Assembly: GCF_006345805.1 (NCBI RefSeq) | Contig: NW_021835040.1 | Location: forward strand, 1-64,000 | DNA length: 64,000 nt | DNA from: Octopus sinensis | Lineage: Eukaryota | Direction of reading: 5' to 3' | Shown here: positions 55,500-64,000 of the stretch, one piece after another | Position numbering within the stretch: the stretch's first letter is position 1 | How the letters are laid out: each line of letters begins with the position of its first letter | The notes under the pieces: model-generated | Seen by the model: only the letters and a program-made list of their open reading frames with translations | Databases searched by the model: none | Told to the model about the DNA's origin: nothing | Made by a program: the position numbers and the translations under genes

Positions 55500-55935
55500 A
55501 ATAGAAGGATCCACTGGAAGGGCCCTATTATCAATTTTTTCAACAATCTAAGTATGTCACGTGGTGTCTAGTAATGAGTTCTACTCACTTGTCAAATAAA
55601 GTATAAAAGTGATATTGTCTGCAAAAATTAGACATAGAACACACAAAAAAATCAGTATTCAAAGTAATTGAACATAAACAATGAAATGGGTGTTTCACAA
55701 ATGTTGCACACGTGCTATGGGTTATTTACCTTGGCTGTTTAACAACAAATTAGTTGTATGAGGTAGATATTGAGATCCCTTCCAGGGGCCATATTATCGA
55801 CGTTTTTTAAGAATCTACGTATGTCACGGGATTTCCAGGTGTGTGCTTTACTAATGTGTCAGGTTTCATCAAAATCGATAAAACGATGTCGGAGGGGTTA
55901 GCTAACAACACCACAAACAAACACACACGGATTTT
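55500..55935. mobile_element. Degenerate Helitron/HINE-like relic with diverged ~60-bp direct repeat
   Basis: gatcc...gggcc.tattatc.a.ttttt.aa.aatcta.gtatgtcacg at ~55509 and ~55774; tttcatcaaaatcg...ggaggggttag...acaaacaaacacacac. Confidence 0.4.
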
Positions 55936-55979
55936 CCACATATGCTGTAGATATACACGCTTTAACACTTTTACTTTTT

Positions 55980-56180
55980 ATTTGTTTCATCACCTGACTG
56001 CGGCCATGCTGGAGCGCCGTCTTTACTCGAACAACTTGACCCACGACTTATTATTTCTAAGCCTAGTACCTATTCTATCAGTCACTTTTTGCTGAATCAT
56101 AAAGCTACGGGGAGGTAAACACACCAACATCGGTTTTCAAGCGATGTTGAGGGGAGAAAGAGACACAGAAATACACACAC
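55980..56180 (-). mobile_element. Family B SINE 3' half
   Basis: tgactgcggccatgctggagcgccg...gtaaacacaccaacatcggttttcaagcgatg. Confidence 0.8.
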
Positions 56181-56934
56181 ACATTCATACATATATATAT
56201 ACATATATATATAAATACATACATATATATATATATATATATACATAATTACTTAGCGGATCTACTTCTAGCATTAGGGTTGTCCGCTTAGTAGTCATCC
56301 CTCTTATATGTATGTATATATATATAATATATATATATAATAAATATTAGGGAATAAATCCAAATTTACAGGAAAAAAATCAGATTTAGGATTAAATCCA
56401 ATTTTATAGTAAAAATTATATAAATTATTAGAGACAAAACCACTATTTGCAAAACAAACAAAGAAAGACTTAATCAATACATAAAATTTTAATAAAAAGT
56501 CAAAAAAAACCGCCACTAACAATTGTTTCTTGTTGATCGACAATCTTCAGGTGGTTCCAATAAGTCAGTTTCATACAGACATACATACGTACATACATAC
56601 AAACGTACACACATACATACATACACACATACATACATACATACATGCATACATACATACATACATACATACATACTTACATATACACGAGTTTTAACAC
56701 TGAAAAGTATACACTGAAGCGGCTTATTTACAAACTCTTACAACTATTTCTGCTGGTAATCGCTGGATTTTACGTATAGTCATTATAGTGTGATTATGAT
56801 TCAACGATAGCGTCATAAATGCTCCTGATGAGTAGGTGAGTAGGTTCCAAAACAGCGCTAGGTCTTCTTCTGCTTCTCTTTTTGTTTTATACTTACACTT
56901 GACAGAGAATAACGCGGAAATACAAGAAATAGAA

Positions 56935-57052
56935 ATGGGAAGCTTGCTTCCCAACCACATGACTCCGTGTTCAGTCCCTCTGCTTGGAACCTTGGGCATG
57001 TGTCTTCTACTATAGCGTCGGCCAAATCTTTGTGAATGGATTAGGTAGACTT
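56935..57052 (+). mobile_element. Family B SINE 5' part
   Basis: gaagcttgcttcccaaccacatg...accttgggcatgtgtcttctactatagc. Confidence 0.8.
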
Positions 57053-57885
57053 ATATATATATATATATATATCGAGCGCTGATCAATGCTTTAGATATAA
57101 TTTTCACAAGTTCCTTCCAGTTTGTCTGGAAAATAACCATCAAAACGTCTAGACCTCTAGACCTCCATCTTAGAGGATAAAGCTATCATGCGTCTCTTTT
57201 ATTGCCCCTGTTCATATTCGGCGGAACCATTGTGCTTCGAGTTGGAATTTATTGCAGGACTTCCAGCATTCATCCTACGATTTATGGATATGGTTCTTCA
57301 CAACATATATTTCTGTAGACAGTATTTTTTTGTTCAACAAGTCTACTTCTTAATTGAATAATTTCTTTCAGCATTGCTTTCAGTATTTAATCACATATCG
57401 ATAAGGCGAAATCTCTGGCTTAAAGCTTATTGACTGCTAAATAGTTCATGTGTAGATTTAGCTTTGAGATGTGTTGAGTATTACAATAGCCACTTTTAAG
57501 TACATACTAAGATATTCTAACGCAAGAATGTCCTAAGTATATTACCAATATATGAATAGAGAGCCAAAAAGTATGCAATTTTTGCATCTGCATGGGATTA
57601 TAAAAAAGCATTATGTAGCAGCATCGTGTTTGCAGGTTTACGTGCATGCGGTTTCGCATTGATAAGAATGTTTTTCGTTTAAGTGAATTTGTAATACGTT
57701 GTTAATGTGAATTTATCGTTTGTTGCAATGGCTTCTGTTTTATTTTAAGTGATGTTTTCATGAATTCAGTACTTTGCGAAGTAGAAAACATCTGAAACAT
57801 TCCAAATAAATATATATATATCTATTACATTCGCTTTCTCACATATACACTCACTCCCTCTCTCCTTTTCCCACCTATTTGTATA

Positions 57886-58297
57886 TTACTCTTTACTCTT
57901 TTACTCTTTTACTTGTTTCAGTCATTTGACTGCGCCCATGCTGGAGCACCGCCTTTTAATCGAGCAACTTGACCCCGGGACTTATTCTTTTGTAAGCCCA
58001 GTACTTATCCTATCGGTCTCTTTTGCCGAACCGCTAAGTGATGGGGACGTAAACACACCAGCATCGGTTGTCAAGCAATGCTAGGGGGACAAACACCGAC
58101 ACACAAACACACGCACGCATATATATATGTACATATATACGACGGGCTTCTTTCAGTTTCCGTCTACCAAATCCACTCACAAGGCTTTGGTCGGCCCGAG
58201 GCTATTGTAGAAGACACTTGCCCAAGGTGTCACGCAGTGGGACTGAACCCGGAACCATGTGGTTGGTAAACAAGCTACTTACCACACAGCCACATGC
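57886..58297 (-). mobile_element. Family B SINE, near full length, low divergence
   Basis: Complete reverse-complement counterpart of 61422-61824, with (TTACTCTT)-like tail. Confidence 0.92.
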
Positions 58298-58396
58298 GTG
58301 TTAGTGCTTGTGTGACTTATGAACATTTATGTGCAGATTTATAAAGACTGTGAGCCAGGCAAAATTCTGCGGATTCTTCGTTCATAATGAAACACA

Positions 58397-58525
58397 TGTG
58401 TTTATTGAGCGAAAACACCTAAAAGCTCTACGAGGCTCCGGCAGGGGGTGGTGATCCCTGCTGTACTCTTTCACCACAATGGCGGTGCCCCAGCATGGCC
58501 ACAGCTCAAGAGCTGAAACTGGAAA
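58397..58525 (+). mobile_element. Chimeric SINE fragment: family C body + family B tail
   Basis: gtgtttattgagcgaaaacacctaaaagctctacgaggctccggcaggggg... joined to ggcggtgccccagcatggccacagc...gctgaaac. Confidence 0.65.
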
Positions 58526-59284
58526 AACAAAAACAAAAAAACATCCGATTGAATCGTCAATGCAAAAAGTTGTATGTCATCTAAAATCTTCCCCCAATTT
58601 GAATCGTATCCTCTTACCATTATGTGTGTAAAATAGAGTTTATTTATTTAAACTATACATGCGTGTTTTTATACATGGTGTTTCTTGTAACCATACATGC
58701 AACTTTTTATACATGGTGTTTATTTGTTTTAAACATAAATGCAAGTTTTTAGACATATATGTATATCTTGCAACAAAGTCCAATGTTCATTTCACCATTA
58801 TGCTAATTTGAAGACGGCACCAACCAGGCGATGTTTATCACTTAAAGAGAACATATATAAACAGAATTAGAAACGGTTTTAGGCTGCATGACATTTAGAT
58901 TTTATTTCTTTAATTACTTCCTTTCCTCTTAATAACCCTTCCTTCATTTCACTGTTATAAAGGGGACGCATTTACTTCGTAGAAATCTATTGCAGTATCA
59001 TTTAAACCAGAGGTTTTCGACTGGGGTTCATATGGCTCTTGATCAGTCATATAAGACTTTTTAGGGGTCTACACAAGGCAATAGAAAATCGGGTATCTTC
59101 AATAGATTTTGAGGGGCCCATTTTTTTTTGTCAGGGGCTCTCTAATGTATATTTAAGATGTATTTATTGGTATTTATTGCAATAAACGAGCAGGATTCTT
59201 TCTCTAACATTTTACATAGATCGGCCTATACAAATTTTTGGTATTTGCATTGCGATTATGAAAAGTATTATGCAGCAGTAAACT

Positions 59285-59625
59285 TGTGCATGTGTCTTCT
59301 ACTATAGCCGCTGGCCAACCAAAGCCTTGTGATGGATTGGTAGACGGAAACTGAAGGTTTGATATATATAGATATATATATATATATTATATATATATAT
59401 ATATATATAATATATACGTTTGTGTGTGTTTGTCTCACCAACATCACTTGACAACCGATGTTGGTTTCTTTACGTCCCTGTAACTTAGTGTTTCGCGCCC
59501 CAAAAAATGATAGAATAAATACCAAGACTTACAAAGAATGGGTCCTGGGGTCGATTCATTCCACTAAAGGCAGTGTCCAGCATGGCCACAGTCAAATGGC
59601 TAAAACAATGAAAGAATGAAAGAAT
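59285..59625 (+). mobile_element. Family B SINE lacking the tRNA head
   Basis: tgtgtcttctactatagcc...ggtagacggaaactgaa...cagcatggccacagtcaaatggctaaaac. Confidence 0.85.
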
Positions 59626-59630
59626 ATATG

Positions 59631-59661
<31 letters not shown>

Positions 59662-59782
59662 ATATATACATATACATACATACGTATATATATACATATA
59701 CATACATATATACATACAATACACACATATATACGTACATACACACAAACAACACCACACACACACACACAACACCTATATT

Positions 59783-59818
<36 letters not shown>

Positions 59819-60105
59819 ATATACATGCCTGTTTTGTTATCTATATGTATACATATATACATTGAACTTTTACATACTTGGCATTAGATGTTGCGGGAAT
59901 GCTTTGCTAAGGACTTGTTTCTAGGTCAATTAGACCAACGCAAAGTAAGGCCTTAAAATATACAGCAGAATGAATTTCCAGAAGATTTAAGAAGTTTCCA
60001 AACACGTGTCTGCGTGATTCATTTGCTTCGGGCTCAGAGAACATTTTTCTTCTTTTTTTTTTTCTGAACTACAATGAAAAGTAAGTTTAGTATTAATGTT
60101 TGCAG

Positions 60106-60161
60106 ATTATAATGACAATCGACCAATTATTTTTCGCAGATTCAACATTACCACTGGGAAG
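60106..60161 (+). CDS. Candidate small exon with cadherin-like DxNDNxP motif
   Basis: tttgcag| then (D)YNDNRPIIFRRFNITTGK |gtcata. Acceptor plausible, donor weak; no other cadherin motifs confirmed. Confidence 0.2.
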
Positions 60162-60362
60162 GTCATAAAACATACTTATTATTTCCTTTGACATAACAAT
60201 TCGTACGTGTTCCTCTGAGGTTTATATACAATTACTAAGAGTCTTTTGAAAACTCATCTGATATATTTTTTCTCGTTCCTGATGGCATTAATGCATCGAT
60301 TTTCACTGAGATCGTTTTCGTATTTTAGCGATATATATACTTTCTAGAATGAAAGAATTATA

Positions 60363-60423
<61 letters not shown>

Positions 60424-60424
60424 C

Positions 60425-60455
<31 letters not shown>

Positions 60456-60759
60456 TATAGATATATGTATTATGTATGTATGTATGTATTTATATATGTA
60501 TGTGACAATTATCCCCGTAAAGAAATCGTTTGCTCCTTTCCTTCTCTCATTCCAAAGGCTAGTGCATCCTCCATGCCAAGTGAGGAGAGAAAACCCAACG
60601 GCCAACCTAAACTGAGAGAAGCCATACCTGCTGTACCTACTCCCTGCCATACTGCAAGAAGGTTCTCGTATTTCCACGCTCCCTTCAATGGGCATCACCA
60701 CACTCCTCATTCCACGTGAGTGTCAATTGAAATAAGATAATTTTCTGGTTCTTTTATAT

Positions 60760-60804
<45 letters not shown>

Positions 60805-61421
60805 ATATACATATATTTGCACGCTTTACTCGTCATCCATTTATACATTTTGAAAAGTTTCCCCATTTTATATATAGATATAATATATATAATACGAACA
60901 TTTGCCGTTTAAATATAGCTAACCCGTAAGGGTGGATGCTACTGTAATTATATATGTATGTATCATATATATACAGCTATAAGAAAATGGGGAGATCAAG
61001 AGGTGGTATTCATCAACTTTCAGACATTATATTTTGTCTATTTATGTATTTTTTAAAGAAACCATTTTAACAATATACATACATGTATAGCATATTATGC
61101 TATACATGTATGTATATTGTTAATATCTTACAGCTGTTTCAGCCAAAAGGCCAAAGTGCCCCAATCTACTTATATCCCTTCAGTGAACTGAAGATTTAGG
61201 TACTTGGGTGTGTCTCTGGGCTTCGGCAGAGAGCTTGGAAAGTTCATAAGGTTATAAAAAAAGTTATAAATAGAGAGGAAGGAGAAAATTATCAAAAGAG
61301 AAATTAATGTGTAAATGGCTAAACACATTACAGACACGCGTTCTATGCTCGTAGTTCTGACGTAGATTCAGCGTGACACAGAATGTGACAAGGAGGGATC
61401 TATGAAATACAGGTACTACTA

Positions 61422-61824
61422 GGCGCAGGTGGCTTGTGGTAAGTAGCTGTCTACCACCCACATGGTTCCGGGTTCAGTTCCCACTGCGTGGCACCTTGGC
61501 AGTGTCTTTTACTATAGCCTCGGCGCGACAAAGCCTTGTGAGTGGATTTGGTAGACGGAAACTGAAAGAAGCCCGTCGTATATATGTATATATATATATA
61601 TAATGCATGTGTGTGTTTGTGTGTCTGTGTTTGTCCCCTAGCATTGCTTGACAACCGATGCTGGTGTGTTTATGTCCCCGTTACCTAGCAGTTCGGCAAA
61701 AGAGACTGATATAATAAGTACTGGGCTTACAAAAGTCCCGGGGTCGATTTGCTCGATTAAAGGCGTTGCTCCAGCATGGCCGCAGTCAAATGACTGAAAC
61801 AAGTAAAGGAGAGTAAAAGAGAGT
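61422..61824 (+). mobile_element. Family B SINE, near full length
   Basis: ggcgcagg head, CORE-like ggcaccttggcagtgtcttttactatagcctcgg, internal TA/TG tract, 3' tail. Confidence 0.92.
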
Positions 61825-62904
61825 ACTTATTTTTGCCAATGGAGTTGACTGCAGCAATGTGAAATAAAGTCTTGCTTAAGGACAAAAGGTGCCGTCACAA
61901 ATCGAATTCACGACCATCCTGTCGTGAACTAAATATCCTAATCATTTAGTCAAGCGCTTCCGCAGTACGAGATGTGCACACAAACACACGCATATACACA
62001 CACATAGATATACACGCCGAGCTGTGAAAAGATGTTCTTTTTCCTGTTAATTAAGTATTCACAATATTCACCAATGAATCCCAGATGTATTTAAGCACGT
62101 GCGTTACACCGATGCGATCCCAGAAAAGAAAACGTTCCACCCCTGTTTAAATGTTGAATTAATTTGCGTTTATAATATCGATTCGCTTTATGTTTCATCA
62201 CTAAGCGTCTTCATTGATTGTATTCATTAGTGATACAAGTGAACAAGCGAGTGGCTCGACGATGGGAGAGCAATCTCACCTTCACGTTTGTCAGCTAACA
62301 AGCAAAGTCACGATAGTCGAAATTCCCATTCAACGAGGGTAAATATGACACGTCTTTACTACTTGGCACGTTTATGTGGTAAACGAAATATATTGAGTTT
62401 TATATTATTGTGCCATTATATTTGGCTTCCTCTAAGCAGAATATAAAATCCACGGATGTGTTTGATTTTTATTTATTTTGATTTCTTGCTGAAGTAATAT
62501 TTCAAGGAATTCACTGTATAGAATTTTTTTTATCGCAGTATGAATCATATTTTTATCACCACTTTATGACTTTATTTCGTTTCTAAAATGGCTGCTTTAT
62601 TCTACAATGGCGTCGACTTCGTGGCCGCTCTGACAATAGACATATTCGCTTTTTCAAGAACACAGCTCTAAAAATGTTAGATCGATGAAGAAACGATTAT
62701 AAATTCATATGAATTAATTTGTTTAATTAATGCTTGAAAATAATGTTAATTGCCGTGCTACTGTTCAGTTTAATTGAATGATAGGAATATGTAGATTTTT
62801 TTTTAAAGATATAAGGTATGAGTGAAAAGATAATTCTTAATTCGTATAAAATGACATTCCTCTGAAATTCAGATTTTTCAATATTATAACCTTGTTTAAG
62901 ACAG

Positions 62905-63352
62905 CGAAGGGGTAGAATCGTCACCGCGCAGGAGGTGGTGGGGTGAAATGATTAACAGTATTTCCCCCGACTTCATATTCTGAGTTCTAATGCCACCGTC
63001 GTCGACATTGCCTCTCATTCTCTCTTCCACTTGAACACCGAAGTTGATGTCATTGATTTTGCTCCTCCCCTCAAATTTCTGAGATTGTGTCAAAATTTGG
63101 AAACGATATTCTTTTCTACTCTAAGCAGAAGGCCCGAAATTTTGGGGGAGGAGGCCAGTCGATTAGATCGACTCCAGTATGCAACTGGTACCTAATTTAT
63201 CGACCCCGAAAGTATTTGGAAACGATATCATAAGCTTGTTGAAATTGCCGTCTACGCAGGGTAAAATGCTTTGCCGCATTCCGTACGATCTTAGTTCAAA
63301 TTCTGCCGAGATCAGCTTTGCCTGTCATGCTTTCGGGGTCGATGTAGCCGAC
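62905..63352. mobile_element. Three diverged family A SINE pieces (62905-63030 plus, 63110-63212 minus, 63258-63352 plus)
   Basis: ttctgagttctaatgccaccgtcgtcgac; actggtacctaatttatcgaccccgaaag; agttcaaattctgccgagatc...ctttcggggtcgat. Confidence 0.7.
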
Positions 63353-64000
63353 GTATCTCGCCCTCCACGTTGCTGTCATTGTGCCAGAATGTAATTCAAT
63401 GTTACAACGTTTTTAATCCATCAGTAATCGATAAATGCCATGAATTCTACAACACGCCATTTCAGCTTCTAGGTAGAAGTGCGTGTCACTAGTATTACCC
63501 TTTCAACACACCTTCTGTCTACCTTGCAGGTAAGAAAACTTGTGTAGTAACGGCATTTTGTTACTACCGAAGGCTAACCTGCTTTATGTTTCAAGACGTC
63601 TTGAGACTAATTCTATGACATCATCTGATTATGGAGAGAGGTGAGAACTTACTCTGTATTATCCACACTCTGTCAACACCAACCATTATGTGGGAACAAC
63701 AGTAGAACATCAGTGGGGTGGTCGGAGATAATACTGGATGCAGAAATTGCGGAAAATCCGTAGACTTTAGAAACACGCTCTGTTAACGTCCGAATCAAAT
63801 ATTTTTGACATGCAATTTTCCCATATCTGTCTGCTTTCGTAGAGTGCCGACGGAGTGAGACTGACTCTTTGCCGGAGGGATAGAATGCTCTCAACGCCAG
63901 TCACATCACACAGATTTACCCATACACTTGTGTAATTTTGATTATGAAATCTTGCATCTCCTAGACGGATGTTTTGTTCAGAGGTATGTGCCCAACATTC

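Noticed and set aside
58655-58755. CRISPR-like or functional array from ~40-bp repeats
   Set aside because: Two to three diverged tandem units without unique spacers; an ordinary minisatellite in eukaryotic context.
59005-59280. hAT-type MITE start (cagaggttttcgac...)
   Set aside because: No matching opposite TIR or 8-bp TSD found.
60500-60720. Possible RTE C-terminal zinc finger relic (PYCKK...)
   Set aside because: Too degenerate to support.
61125-61160. Half hammerhead GAAAC-AGCT-GTA (minus strand)
   Set aside because: No CUGANGA upstream.

Overview
Very AT-rich, microsatellite-saturated metazoan DNA with no intact protein-coding gene, RNA gene or CRISPR array that I can support. The repeat inventory (a CORE-type tRNA SINE, two other tRNA SINE families, extreme (TA)n/(AAT)n/(GATA)n density) looks like an octopod cephalopod intron or intergenic region; that assignment is inference. 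Nearly all ORFs in the supplied track are microsatellite read-through. Recognisable coding relics are all from decayed transposons: three Penelope-like elements (PLEs; RT thumb and/or GIY-YIG), a Tx1/L1-clade LINE 3' end, two RLE-endonuclease (R4/Dong-like) LINE fragments, an RTE 3' end nested in a PLE with a 10-bp TSD, and a pogo-type DDE transposase. There is also a canonical non-autonomous Helitron. Two results stand out. (1) Several type I hammerhead ribozyme folds lie in PLE terminal repeats and in short non-coding elements, some with 13-bp TSDs (38651-38737, 18050-18095, 25356-25400, plus mutilated copies). (2) Three copies of one Tx1/L1 3' end each sit inside (TATC)n, suggesting a (TATC)n/(GATA)n-specific retrotransposon. 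A few plus-strand candidate host exons (one with a cadherin-like DxNDNxP motif) are listed at low confidence.
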